Source: Octopus vulgaris (taxonomy: Eukaryota). From it: 64,000 bases of DNA. The DNA is taken from NCBI GenBank assembly GCA_951406725.2, contig OX597823.1, positions 93,806,001 to 93,870,000 of the forward strand, given 5' to 3'. A program made the translations under genes and the position numbers. Below, piece after piece: positions 42,018 through 56,245 of the stretch (position 1 is the first letter of the stretch; every line of letters starts with the position of its first letter). Under the pieces are notes generated by a model that saw only the letters and a program-made list of their open reading frames with translations, was not told the origin of the DNA and did no database searches.

Positions 42018-43448
42018 CTATACTTACATGCATACATATATACATACATACAAGCTTTCATATAAGCATGTATACGCACGTCCATACGTACATAATTTAG
42101 GTGTGTAGTAGACTGAAAATGTATTTCACAAGTTACATAAGGATACTTGCGTTTTGAAGGAGCGTCCATTGAATGGAATAATAAAAAAATACTAAGATGG
42201 AAAATAGGAAATTCATAAACCTATTCCAAGGAAAGTGATGACAAAGTAAATTGATGTTTTGGACTTTACTCCTCAAGTCCCGCAGAGAATAGAGGAAAGT
42301 CACAAACTAACACGAACGAAAGATATTCCTGTGATATAGATGTATGTTACACATTCGCAATACCACCACCATGACCACCACCACTCGAAAACAACAGTAA
42401 AGCAATAACAACAGCAACAACAACACTACGAGGTCTGTAGAGAAAATGTGGTCTTAAAGAAACTCTGGTTTCCAACAGATAAGGTAATTTAAGAACACAC
42501 ACATATGTGCCTGTGTGTGTATGTATGTATGTATTGAAAAGTCAAAGTTATATATCGGAGATAAAATAGAACACGAAAAAGAAAAAAATGTTTACAAAAT
42601 AAAGAAATGAAAAACGAAAAATGTCAAACAGCGGGAATGGAAACATTAAAGTTAAAAGCATTCAGAAACACGAAGATAGATCTTCTAGAAATAAAACAAA
42701 TACGATAAATGTTAAAAAAAGAAGGTTAAAAAAAAGAAACAGAAATTAAACCCTAGAATATTTAGAAAATACTGACCAATAAAATTAAAAACAGAACGAC
42801 AAAAATTAAAATATGAATAAGTGTGGGTATGGAAACAATTTTAAAAAATAGAAAATGGTGACGATGGGTATACTTTATATGACCAAGATCTGAAGGAGGA
42901 AATGGTTAGGAATATAAAATCGATAGAAAATATTACAATACTACAAAGAAAGTTACTGTCGACCATACACGTAAAATTTATGAAAATGCATGGTTTACGA
43001 AAAATAGTGGTTGTAGTTATAATAAAAACCGATACGAAACTCAATATCACCATGGTTAAGAAAATAATGTAGATAATATTGGTTTCATATTTTTGCACAA
43101 GGCCAGAGAGTTCGGATGGGGGTAAAAGGTTACATCAACATCGTTTTCTCAACTGATACTTATTCCGCTAAGCATTTTTGCCTGACGCGCTAAAGATTCA
43201 GCCATGCTTGTAATCTCGTAAATAATATACATAGTATCAATAGTAATCAAAAAAAAAAAAAGAAAAAGGAAAAGAAATGTAAGTAGACCCTCTTTTTCAT
43301 TTACACAGGAAAAGCAAAGCGAAAGCAAAGGGACAATGAAGAAATATATAGAATACATAATGAAAAATAAATGAACCCTTCGCGAAAACATAATTAAATA
43401 CACACATGTGTATATGTGTGTCTATATATATATAGAGAGAGAGATATA

Positions 43449-43627
43449 GGGAGAGTTTACGAAAAAAGACAAAAGACGAAGAGAGGTGGTGTACATGTAT
43501 TAGTATAACGCTCAGGAATAGAAAAAAACTTTTACCTTTCGAGCCTACGCTCTTCTACAGAAAGGGACACAGAAAAAAAGGAGAGAAAAAAATGTTTGTA
43601 GTGGCCAACGATCTATCATGGCGACTG
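43449..43627 (-). mobile_element. Solo Neptune-like pLTR with A6U HHR motif (43529-43564)
   Basis: CTTT-CTGTAGA-A-GAGC(GTAG)GCTC-GAAA-GG-TA-AAAG; flanked by TA tracts. Confidence 0.75.
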
Positions 43628-44716
43628 ACATATATATATATGTATATATATGTATGTATGTATGTGTGTATACAACCTTCAACAAAGTAAAAGTTATGTA
43701 TACAGCTTGAACAGACACATATCAGTACCTATACATACGTTCACATGTACATGTACATGTACAAACACACAGACACGTCTACACACCCAAATACTTAGTA
43801 CATACATAAGTACATACGTACATACATACATGCATACATACATACATACATACATACATACCCAGATGCATACATGCATACATGCATACATGCATACATA
43901 CATACATACATTCATACATACATACATATATACATATATACATACGTACATACATACATATATATCATGAACTAACTCTTACTTTCTCAGATGCAGCACA
44001 GAACTTTGTCAGTGAACAGGTCGCACTCTCAAAGCGACGAATATATTTTGGCAAGTAAAATTTAAATGTTTAAATGAATCTAATGGTCTTTGTGTGTTTT
44101 TTAAATTGCTTATAAACACCTTCCACGCTGCAATTGTTTTCGTTCCAGCAACAGATCTCATATCAGAACACTTTCTATGCAAGTACATCGCTGTAATAAT
44201 TAAATATGGTTTGGAAAAAACACGCCATGGAAATTCAAATATTAAAGAATTGCAACATGGAAAAACCAGCTTCATATGAAAGAACGCTTAAAAAGAGAGC
44301 TAGTCCCTAATTTGCAAATAAAAGAACGTTCCGTAAAATCGAGGTTCTTGAAAGAAAACAAGAAAATTGAAGATTTTATCATGAATACAATGAAATTAGC
44401 GCTTACAGCGAGGAAAACACGAATTAGCCATTAATAAACAGATAAAAATCGGTTAACTTCAATTAATCATTTATTATTTGGTGTCAGAATTTTTATCACA
44501 TTATCTACGACAGGTCACTGACACAATTCCATTTCAACTGACCTAAGACAACGTTTTTGGTGAGTATGTGTGTGTGTGTCATTCACCTTTATAGTTCAGA
44601 GAAGAAGATACATGGTAAACCAGAGAGTCTATTTAATTGCTTGTAGGGATACCGTATTTCGTTTTGTAACCATTATATACTACCAAGTATATTGGAAGTT
44701 TCTAAGTCTATACTGT

Positions 44717-44880
44717 CAGTTCTATATTTAAGAGATGAGGAATTGTGGCATAGGGGTTAAGATCGCGTGCTACTAACCCAGAAATTCCGAGTTCGATTCC
44801 AAGCAGTGACCTGAATAACAATAATAATAGTAATAATAATAATGATAATAATAATGATGATAATAATAATAATAATGATG

Positions 44881-44943
<63 letters not shown>

Positions 44944-45085
44944 TCGAAAAATACCTTAGGAATTAGAACGCAGGTTCGAAATTTCCCCAACACACCTGAT
45001 GAAGGCTGGAGGAGATATCAGCCGAAACGTTGTGTTAACAACAACTAAGATGTGGACAAATATCCGTCAAATGGAAGTAATGTAA
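44717..45085 (+). mobile_element. tRNA-head/(AAT)n/hammerhead-tail SINE with inverted tail fragment at its 5' end
   Basis: Head 44746-44812, AAT array to 44940, tail with HHR; 44717-44746 matches 561-591. Confidence 0.85.
44992..45035 (+). ncRNA. Minimal type-I hammerhead ribozyme motif
   Basis: ACAC-CTGATGA-A-GGCTG(loop)CAGCC-GAAA-CG-TT-GTGT. Confidence 0.75.
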
Positions 45086-45735
45086 ATAAAGTCAATACTT
45101 TTTGTGTTAGCAGTGCAATTTAATTATTTTTTCTAAAGATTTCAGAGCCAGCACTGAAAGTTCCGTTGCTTCGTATACGAATACGTCTATGTAAACAATG
45201 CGACGAGAGATAGAAAAACATTTATTGGATCTTTTCTTTGCAAATTCGGGATTAACTCTCTTTTTAAGCGTTCTTTCATATGAAGCTGGTTTTTCCATGT
45301 TACAATTCTTTAATATTTGAATTTCCATCGCGTGTTTTTTCCAAACCATATTTAATGTGACTGATCACGTCGAAAGAAGAGCGGCGAAAAGTTTGACACC
45401 AAACAAAATAGTTTCGGGTGAAGTAATTAGTTTTTCGGGGTTTTTTTAATGTCTAATATGTCCTTCACGCTGTAACTGCTTTCGTTTCGACGCACGGTCT
45501 TCGATCAAATCAATTGCCATGAAGCTATATCTCGGATATAACAATAAAATGGAATGCATGTTGCTGCACCAAGAGTCCATAAATTTTGCAGTGGCATATG
45601 AAGCACAAGTTGTACATTGCGAATGAGAGTATTGAAAATAGTATGTGTAGCATGTGGGCAAGTCTTTCCGTCTCAAACAGCTCGTGCTGCTGTTGATAAT
45701 GCAATTACAGCAACGACGTCATCGGCAGCAGCACC

Positions 45736-46100
45736 AGAGGGGCAGTGGCCCAGTGGTTAGGGCAGCGGACTCGCGGTCCGAGGATCGCGGTTCGATTCCC
45801 AGACCGGGCGTTGTGTGTGTTTATTGAGAAAAAAACACCTAAAAGCTCCACGAGACTCCGGCAGGGGGAGGTGACGACCCCTGTTGTACTCTTTTGCCCC
45901 AACTTTCTCTCACTCTTTCTTCCTGTTTCTTGTCCCCGACTTCCTACGCAACCGCTGAGCCTGGATGCGCATTCGTCCATCCGTCGATGCTCTCGGTGTC
46001 GGGGGTTGACCTGCTTTCTCTTCTGCGGGTCTTACGAATAGCAAAGGACCACTTTCAGACTTCTTCCATCTTGCGAGCTCTGGGACGAAGGTCGTCGCTC
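45736..46100 (+). mobile_element. tRNA-Arg-like SINE with alternative 3' tail
   Basis: Same head as 12435-12687 and 54380-54664 but an unrelated tail; lies in a degenerate CAG tract. Confidence 0.8.
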
Positions 46101-46689
46101 AACGGCATCAGCAACAGCAGCAGCAGCAGCAAATAGGATAACTAATGTAAGCTCCAAAATCAATGCCGATATATGAGAAAGGGTTACCACAATTGAAGTA
46201 ATCATTTAGAGCCTCACTGCTAAAATGTATTATTAGCTATTTGTTCATCTTCGTTTAGTCTCCTCCACATATCTCTGCTTTCTTTTGTTTTATCTAACAA
46301 CATATTAATGGTTTTTAATACGCTTTCAGTCTGCCTTGAAGGCTACTGATATCAAATTTTCAGAGACAGAAATTCACGTCAGTATGTTTGATAAATCTGT
46401 CTATCGTCTGTAACATATACAGCTGAGAATAAATTGAAGTCTCCATACCGATGTTGCTGTGCTTGTATGCCAAACAGGAATAATGGGTGGAGAAAACGGA
46501 TGGATGGAAGAGTGGATGGATGGATAGATGAATATGCTAGTCAGAGCGACTGTTGTTGTATAAGTTGTAGGATCGTTCGGCAATTCCCTTTTGATCGTAT
46601 TAGTAGGATGCTCAACTATTTATTCGCAACTATCTATTAGGTTAACTACATTAACCGTATTGGTGCTACAGGTGTCATGTGTAATTTGT

Positions 46690-46860
46690 CCACAAATGCC
46701 ATGTGTAGACCCCTGTCAAATCCCTTTTGATAATCAATCCATGCCATGCTCTTGCCTTCTTTCTCTATCTACAATCTTCAGTTTCGCATCTGCTGATCTA
46801 TACTTAGGTTTCACACTTGACTCCCAAACATGCACTAAACAGACACTTATTCTCCCCTAA
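46690..46860 (-). pseudogene. Decayed R4/Dong-like RT fragment
   Basis: SMAWIDYQKGFD resembles the LSMAWIDYKKAYD motif. Confidence 0.5.
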
Positions 46861-46929
46861 ATGTGACTTTTACAAAAATGTCGAAGAGGAAAAGAGTGAG
46901 GCCGCAACGTGGAAAAATTTCGTTCTAAT

Positions 46930-47200
46930 GCTAAAGGAATGAGTGAAGGACAGAGTTTAGTCATTCTATATTCGCAGAGTACCGAAAGCAATAGTTTTGC
47001 TGGGTTGGATATGTCGCGAGGCTCACAGGAAACTGATGGACAAGTGCAATTAATAGGTGGTGTCTAAGAGATCGGAAAAGGCTACATGGAAAGCCTCCAG
47101 CATGAGGGGAAGATGATTTCTTTAAGTAATTTGGGTCAAGCTGGAAAAGAACAGCGCAATAATGACGGATTCGGAAGCACATTGTGACCAGCGATGTATA
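46930..47200 (+). pseudogene. Decayed RTE LINE 3' coding end
   Basis: WVGYVARLTGN*WT..W.LRDRKR..GKPP..DD....GSSWKRTAQ. Confidence 0.7.
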
Positions 47201-47705
47201 TGATCATCTGATGCCGGCTGATATGGCAATAATGTGATATTACAAAGACAAAAGCAATGTAGAAAATGATTGACGGTCATATATGGGGTTACAAACCAGC
47301 ACTTTACCCAACAGCATCGCCGACAACTGAAATAATGAAACCTGCATCCATAAAAAAAGATCACCCAGAATATGATCAACAAGAATAAGAATAACGAAGC
47401 GCCCAAAATTAATCACAGCCAAAACTATATAATAGAAATTACAAGAATAACAACAACGCACATAATCCCTAAATATATTTTCCTAATAATTGATAACGAC
47501 AGAAGTTGTAGTAGCAGCAAAAGATAATATGTCACGACTTAAACGTGGATGTTGTGTTAGAATACAGGATGATGCGGTAGATACCATGATAGAACCTCTC
47601 ATAGAATGATGAGGTAATCAGGTACACAAAACTAAATACACAAATATAAGAAGAAGTGAGTGGATTTGGTAGACGGAAACTGAAAGAAGCCCGTCGTATA
47701 TATGA

Positions 47706-47735
<30 letters not shown>

Positions 47736-47739
<4 letters not shown>

Positions 47740-47949
47740 AAAGTTTACGAAAAGAAAAACAAAAGACGAAGACAGGTGGTGTACAAAACAAACAGATGTA
47801 TTAGTATAACGCCCAGGAATAGAAAAAATCTTTTACGTTTCGAGCCTACACTCTTCTACAGAAAGGAACACGGAAAAAACAAGGAGAGAAACAAGGAAAG
47901 AAAAAAACAAGGAGAGAAAAAAATGTGTGTAGTGGCTAACGATCTATCA
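47736..47949 (-). mobile_element. Solo Neptune-like pLTR with A6U HHR motif (47830-47865)
   Basis: CTTT-CTGTAGA-A-GAGT(GTAG)GCTC-GAAA-CG-TA-AAAG; (TA)n on both sides. Confidence 0.78.
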
Positions 47950-48552
47950 TATATATATATAGTAAGTGAGACTCGACCAAAGTGTAATCTCTCTGCTTTT
48001 ATAAAAGCGAATGGTCGCATCTAACTAGTTTGAATTCATCAAACTTCGACTGTGTACTGTTATTTTCACGTCTTAACATACGAACTATTCCTTTTAAATA
48101 TTGCGTTGCGAAGTGGAGTTCATCTCGTAGTGTGAGAAACCCTTCCGGTTGAGATCCGCCACTTATTAACACTAGCGTTCGACAATTCCCGCTTAATCAG
48201 ATCATAGATACTCGCAAGTAGATGTTTTGCTCTTTGTGTATTCACTTTCTTAAACGGATATTCTAATGAAACCAGGAAGATCCGGATGGTTCACTGCGGC
48301 TTGTGCAAGGACGCGGTAATATACTCAACAAATCGAAGCTGAGACTTGGAAATGTATTAGTTTGTTACTAAAGCATTCATATATCTAGATTTACTCACAT
48401 AGGATCGCTCATTGTTTGTCTATAATTCGTCGCCGAGTGAAACTATGAACCGTTACACATTATACACTTAATTGCAACATTTTAGCTTGTAAAAAGAAGG
48501 ACAAAGTCACCCATTGTATCTAGTATTGTACTTTAATATTACTCGGCTACCT

Positions 48553-48769
48553 AAAGGTGAACAACCGACAGAATCGTCAGCACGCCGGGCAAAATGCCTA
48601 CCTGAATTTCGTCCGTCTTTACGTTCTTAGTTCAAATTCAACCAAGGTCGACTTTGCTTTTATCGTTTCGGGATCGATAAAATAAGTACCAATTGAGTGT
48701 TGGGATCGATGCAGTCAACTTCACCACCCCACCCCCGAAATTGCTGGTATTGTGCCAAAATTTGAAACC
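48553..48769 (+). mobile_element. Meta-domain tRNA SINE monomer (alternative tail)
   Basis: ggtcgactttgcttttatcgtttcgggatcgataaaataagtacca. Confidence 0.7.
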
Positions 48770-49755
48770 TAAGGACACCAACGGTGTTTCCATTGTGATG
48801 AGAACGATAATAATGATGATGATGATCATGATGACTATCATTATCATCATGACGATGATATTGATGGTAAGAAGGAGGAAAGAAAATTGGGGAGAAGGAA
48901 GAGAAAGTGTCGAAGTGGATGATGACGATGCAAATACTGTTGATCAAAATATGATCATGACAATGTCGACAACTTCGATGCTACGTTGATGCTGCAGGTG
49001 ATGATGATGATGATGATGATGATGATAATGATGATGACGATGAGAATTGTTAGGATGGAGAGGATGAAGGAGATGATGATATAAAGCAAGAATAATAAAG
49101 ATATACAAGGCAAAAAAATGCTTATGAAACAATATTCTAACAAAGATTACAAATATACAATGGCAACAACAACGCTCGCCACAACGCAGTTTCATTGAAG
49201 CAGACGACAAATAAGAGCAATTGTAGCACTTACAACCACTAAAAAGAACAACAACAACTACTACTAATCCTACCACTAATACAACAACAATACAATAATT
49301 AAGAATACCAACAACAAAATGCTGACGTTGAATTCGAAGAGACTAGAAGCAACGAGAGCAACAAGTAGATTTACAAAAGTTAGTTAAGCCAAAGCGATAT
49401 TACAGCAGGTAGACATAAGTATGTGAAGACGGTTATGAATTATGTCTTTCATTGAAATCAAGTTAATTGTTAGCCATTGAACAAGGAATTTCAATAATGG
49501 GTAGAGAGGTTAAACAAAATGGCTGCATTGTAATGGACTACCGTTTGCAGAAGTGGAGAATAATGGCGTTTTCACGTAATAACACTTGAATACTTCTGTA
49601 CAGGAAGTCTTTCTAAGCGGACGTGTCTGTGAGTCACAGCTCTGTAGGTGGATATATATAGCATATATGTATGTGCGTGTGCGTGTGTGTGTGAATGTGT
49701 GCTTTGATGTATGTTTCCATGAATGCATTTACATATATATATATGTGTGTGTGTA

Positions 49756-49795
<40 letters not shown>

Positions 49796-49799
<4 letters not shown>

Positions 49800-50688
49800 C
49801 AATTAAGGGTTTAGCAACGAATTGCCTTACCACACACCGAATTTAGAAATAGCAGTCAAAGAGATTATAGCTATTTCTTCTACTAAAAGGGAGATCACAG
49901 TAAAGGCACAGCATTTGAAAGGCAAACACAAACAGGTAAAAGAGAATGAATTAACGGCAATCTATCATACAGTTTTAAGTCACCTACGGACGTACGTTTC
50001 GAGATCAAGTCTTAGGAAAGCATAAGAATTAGATAACTCTACTTTACCCAGACTTCTTCTTTCATCAGCGCAGGATACTAACAATCATGAATGATTGAAT
50101 ATTGAATTTTGAGATACTAGAAGGCACCAACTCAACTCAGTATCAGAGCGAGCTAGAAGCCACAGCTAGTATCACCAAATTCAAAGTATGAATGAAAGCT
50201 TGTGTCACCAGTCCCTTCCCACCCGCGTGTAGCCAAGACAAAGTGCCGTGGTCATTTACTGGGATGAATATGGTTTATGAGTAACAATGAAGGGTGAAAT
50301 TAATTAATTTGGAACAATTATCAATTACACCAAGTAGTCTTCGGCATGTAAAAGCCTCATTCGAGGAAAATTTAAGTAATACTAAGCAATTAAGGGTTTA
50401 GCAACGAATTGCCTTACCACACACCGAATTTAGAAATAGCAGTCTACCTGTTTGTGTTTGCCTTTCAAGTGCTGTGCCTTTACTGTGATCTCCCTTTTAG
50501 TAGAAGAAATAGCTATAATCTCTTTGACTGCTATTTCTAAATTCGGTGTGTGGTAAGGCAATTCGTTGCTAAACCCTTCATTGCTTAGTATTACTTAAAT
50601 TTTCCTCGAATGAGGCTTTTACATGCCGAAGACTACTTGGTGTAATTGATAATTGTTCCAAATTAATTAATTTCACCCTTCATTGTTA

Positions 50689-50690
<2 letters not shown>
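49796..50690. mobile_element. PLE-type non-coding element with direct and inverted pLTR segments
   Basis: 49796-49857 repeated at 50383-50444; 50445-50587 inverts 49796-49938; 50526-50689 inverts 50281-50444; (TA)n on both flanks. Confidence 0.85.
49983..50074 (-). ncRNA. Type-I hammerhead ribozyme with long stem II
   Basis: CCTGCG-CTGATGA-[AAGA AG AAGTCT...AGACTT GA TCTC]-GAAA-CGTACG-TC-CGTAGG; GUC site. Confidence 0.8.
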
Positions 50691-50766
<76 letters not shown>

Positions 50767-50948
50767 TATGTGAGTGTATGTGTATACGTATATATATATA
50801 CATATATAAATATATGTATGTATGAAGTATGCATATATATAGAGAGATATATGTATAATTATACACACACATTAAAGAATGTATGATATATGCACATATA
50901 TTAATACATTAATATAGGTTAACACGTCTCGAACGTTGCTTTCTCTAT

Positions 50949-51011
<63 letters not shown>

Positions 51012-51214
51012 GTGTGTGTGTATGTATGTATATATATATATGTATGTATGTATCTGTAAATGTAATATGTGACAATTATTCGGTAGCTATTATAAAACTC
51101 CGAGTTTCGGATGTCGGGGCGGAAATCGCATAAGTGCGCATATCTACACATACACATGCGTGTCCGCACACCCACGTACATGCGCCTATATGTATACACT
51201 CATCCACCTTCACT

Positions 51215-52050
51215 TCAAACACGTCGATGCCTCCACCAAATTTGGAAGTGGTCTAACAATTGGGACCTGTGTCTGAACGTGTCAAAGTGTTGTCATCTGC
51301 CTGTCGGCTCTACTCCTGCAACTCAACTTGATTTCGAGCCGGGTCGTCTGCTGCTGGAGAGGACCGATCAGGTAAAGGACCTAGGTATCTTGGTGGATTC
51401 CTCCTTTTCGCCTTCGGCCCAGTGCGTCCATGCTGCCAACAAAGCACGCGGAATTCTGTTCTTGATTCGACGGTCATTCGGAATGCTCACAGCAGCCATA
51501 TTCCTACCACTCTATGTCACGCTGGTGAGACCCATATTGGAGTATGGGATTCAAGCCTCTTCTCCTTATCTCCTCAAAGACATACAGCATCTCGAAAGAG
51601 TCCAGAAGCTGGCTACCCGCATGGTTCATGGTCTCAAAAATTTGTCCTACGAAGAAAGGCTGAGGACGCTCGACCTTTATTCTCTTGAAAAACGCCGCCG
51701 CCGTGGTGATCTCATTCTCGCCCACAACATCATAAGCGGAAAGTGTAACCTCTCGAAAGAGCTGTTCTTCACTCCTGCTCCAGAGCGTCGGCTGCGGGGT
51801 CATTCCGAAAAGCTCTACCTGCGACGATTTCATCTCAACCGAAGGAGAGGTGCTTTCTCCGTCCGGGTTGCGGATCCGTGGAACAAGCTGCCAGACGAGA
51901 TGGTGAAGATGCCGACGACCGCTTTGTTCAAAGCCTCCTTTGACCTCAAGTGGCCCGAACTCTTTACATGAACACCACCCTGTACTTAACTCCATGTCGC
52001 CCTACATGGCCTTGCTATTTGCTTTTGAGCCAAATTAACTAACTAACTAA
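51215..52050 (+). mobile_element. 5'-truncated CR1 LINE, open 3' ORF2 segment (to 51971) and (AACT)n tail
   Basis: VKDLGI..NKARGIL..LY.TLVRPILEY..LERVQK.ATR..LSYEERL..RGDLI..RLRGHS..FSVRV..WNKLP. Confidence 0.92.
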
Positions 52051-52107
52051 CAAATGCTCACCTACACATTCTCCAAAAGACATATACATACCCGCATACA
52101 CGCTCGG

Positions 52108-52690
<583 letters not shown>

Positions 52691-52828
52691 TTCAATATGC
52701 GGGTATGGCAAAGTTAAATACTGGGTATACAAAACATTGGCAATGAAACAAAAATTTTGATAGGTTTCGGCCAGTATAGTTCCAGGCCATATCTAACTTA
52801 ATATCAACACCTGGTTAATTGTTATATA

Positions 52829-52869
<41 letters not shown>

Positions 52870-53006
52870 GTATGTATGTATGTATGTATATTATTGATAT
52901 ATGTGTGCGTTTGTGTGTGTGTATGTACAAAATGTCTTTCTATTGTACAGATAGTCTAAGATGTGAAATCATTTATATCTAGTGTGAACCTTAAGGATGT
53001 ATTCCC

Positions 53007-53043
<37 letters not shown>

Positions 53044-53894
53044 ACATATGCACACACATATCTATATATACATGTGTGTGTGTGTATGTATATACACACA
53101 TATGTATGTGCATATACGTCGAATATATCCGTATGTATACAAAAATACAATGAATAATCGACAAAATGAGAAAGAACATCATATCATAATGTTATATACG
53201 TACGCGCGTATGTACGTACGTAATTATGTATACACGTTTGCATGCGTGCGTGTATCTGTCCATATATGTATCTACATATGTAATTATTGCGCTGCTAAAA
53301 TAACTACAATGATAACACACATATTTGAAGATCTCCACTGAATGAAAACCATATATACGCACATATACATACACACACATCTGTTTGAGTGTATGTACAT
53401 ATTTATATGTGTTCACACAACGCTACGCCACAATATCTAGCAACCCAGAAAACTATATTAAAAAAATAATCAATTATTGCCAATGGTAATCGGTTATATG
53501 TAATTTTCTTTAGCAATTAATTTGCAGCAGAAAACAAGAAAAAAACGGTATTTACACTCATACCTACACAATAACTGGAGACATTGTTGAGATTCTTGAG
53601 AACAAACACGACAGTATATCGCTTCCTTGAAAACTACTTTCGCCTTGCATTTCTACATATATTCTCGTGTTCTTCAATGCTTTTTGCTTGTGTTTTTTTT
53701 TCTGTATACCTTTTCTTCAATTTCGTGCAATCATTCATTAGTTATTTCGTTTATAAGTTATTTTTTTATACGTATATAGTATATATATATTTTTTTTTTC
53801 TATATGTTTGTTTCGTGTTTTCCATGAATGGTGTGCGTCTCTATGCAAAATGGCATTTGTTCGTAAATGCAAATACAAACGCACAAGCACACAT

Positions 53895-53986
<92 letters not shown>

Positions 53987-54119
53987 TAGATATACATATA
54001 TATATAAAATACATACATATATACATATATTTATATATATATATATATATATAATATATATATACTTATATATATATATTTGGGGGGGGGCTTGTGTGTG
54101 TGTGCGTGTGTGTGTTTGT

Positions 54120-54163
<44 letters not shown>

Positions 54164-54318
54164 TTGTGTACATTTACTGCAGAATAGGAGTGAGAGAATA
54201 ATCAACGCAAAAGTTGCAAAATGAATTTGTCGAACGAAATTTTCGGCTCTTCAGTCCTCCTGTAACATTACAAGTAAACGGAAATATCATACTCTGTATA
54301 GTATATAAATGTACACAT

Positions 54319-54379
<61 letters not shown>

Positions 54380-54380
<1 letters not shown>

Positions 54381-54664
54381 CACGTGATCACGTGACCAAC
54401 CAGGTAATCAGATTTTGCTACACATCGCTGGTCACAATGCGCTTCGCATTGTTTTTGCCTTCAAATGACGCCACCCCGCTGGCTGAGCGAGCAGGCCAAC
54501 AGAAGAAAGAGTGAGAGAAGGTTGCGGCGAAAGAGTACAGCAGGGGTCGCCACCACCCCCTGCCGGAGCCTCGTGGATCTCAATAAACACACACAATGCC
54601 CGGTCTGGGAATCGAAACCGCAATCGTACGACTGCTACCCTAACCACTGGGCCATTGCGCCTCC
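54380..54664 (-). mobile_element. tRNA-Arg-like SINE
   Basis: Homologous to 12435-12687; (TA)n on both flanks. Confidence 0.8.
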
Positions 54665-54710
<46 letters not shown>

Positions 54711-54976
54711 ATATATGCAAAAAAATAAGCAACAAGATATCCAGTATTGATGCAGTACGACCGCTTCAAGCAGCTCCATTTAATTGAACAATGCAATCAT
54801 TACATCAATTTACATTACAGTTATCCTCAGCAGCACAAATAAGTAGAATTTTAATCAGTTGGTGACATAGATATAATTTTCCTCCAATAATTTAACAGTG
54901 CAAGAAGATAGACGAAATCCATGTTGTCTCTGTTGTAGCTAACAATAGTCTATACTACCAACAAAGGCATATATTA

Positions 54977-55202
54977 AGGCGGCGAGCTGGCAGACACGTT
55001 AGCGCGTCGGGCGAAATGTTTAGTGGTATTTCGTCTGTCGTTACGTTATGAGTTCAAATTCCGCCGTGGTCGATTTTGCCTTTCATTTTTTCGGGGTCGA
55101 TAAATTAAGAACCAGTTACGCACTGGTGTTGATGTAATCGACTTAATCCATTGTCTGCCCTTGTTTGTCCTCTATGTGTTTAGCCCTTTGTGGGCAATAA
55201 AG

Positions 55203-55207
<5 letters not shown>
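54977..55207 (+). mobile_element. Meta-domain tRNA SINE monomer
   Basis: AGGCGGCGAGCTGGCAGA...GAGTTCAAATTCCGCC...GGGGTCGATAAA...TAAAGAAATA. Confidence 0.85.
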
Positions 55208-55252
<45 letters not shown>

Positions 55253-56245
55253 TGGAGTAAGCACAAAAATGCGAAGCAAGGTGGAAAAAAGAGTATTTAA
55301 ATACAAGCGATAGAATAATATGCTTTATTAAAAAGCAGCAGAAGTATCACAAATACTATTACTCACTATTCCAAGTTCCCGTTCGTCGGACGGTTTTGTT
55401 AGAATGGGACAGAAATGACGATATAATCAAACATAAAATAGTTTAAATGATACACATTTGAACATGGTGTTGTTTCATTGGTCCTTTTAGCTGTCGGACT
55501 TAAGCATGCAATGAACAAAATTCAGTATATATACATCTTGTTGTAAAATCGAAGAAAACCTTAAATCGAAGGGCAGAGTCTAAATGCATAAGGTAACTAA
55601 TTATATATTAATAATATAAATCAATTAAAACGTTTTAGAATTATATCCATTTAAAAATTGGAATTGAAAATTAAAAATTACATTGATGTTTTTCAGCAGC
55701 AAATACACATACTAAGCCATCTATAGTGTGCATATATACACAAAAGTATACAGATGCATGTGCATAGTTATATGCATATATAGACATATATAGGTGAGAC
55801 ATAAATATATACACAAATATCCATATACGTCATATGTACGCACACATACGCGTGCACAAAATCTCTTGGTGTATACATATACAGGTCAGTTGTTACGGAC
55901 GAAAGAGATGGGAAGCACATTAAGCGTTGGGTGGCGGGTGAGAAAAAGTAAAAAGAAAAAGATAAAGAGGCTGAGACAAAAAAAATAATTAGCGAGAGAA
56001 GAGAAAGAGTTTGCTATGCAAAGATGCCAAACTAGTATCGAGTAGGAAAAAGAAAGGAGAGATGCTTCACGAATTGTGCTCAACGAATGCACACATAAAA
56101 TAAAATTACAGAAGTATATACACATAACTACAGATATAAATACACATATATGATTATACAAATCCACATATATGATATGCATACAAATGCACATATATAA
56201 ATATACATTTATATTTATATATACATATATGCATTTATATATATA

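Larger units (their letters stand above)
44199..45356. mobile_element. MITE-like element with ~125 bp terminal inverted repeats
   Basis: 44199-44325 vs 45230-45356 inverted; no coding capacity; hosts a SINE insertion. Confidence 0.7.

Noticed and set aside
45711-46125. Target-site duplication around the tRNA-Arg SINE
   Set aside because: The flanks are degenerate CAG repeats, so their similarity is not diagnostic.
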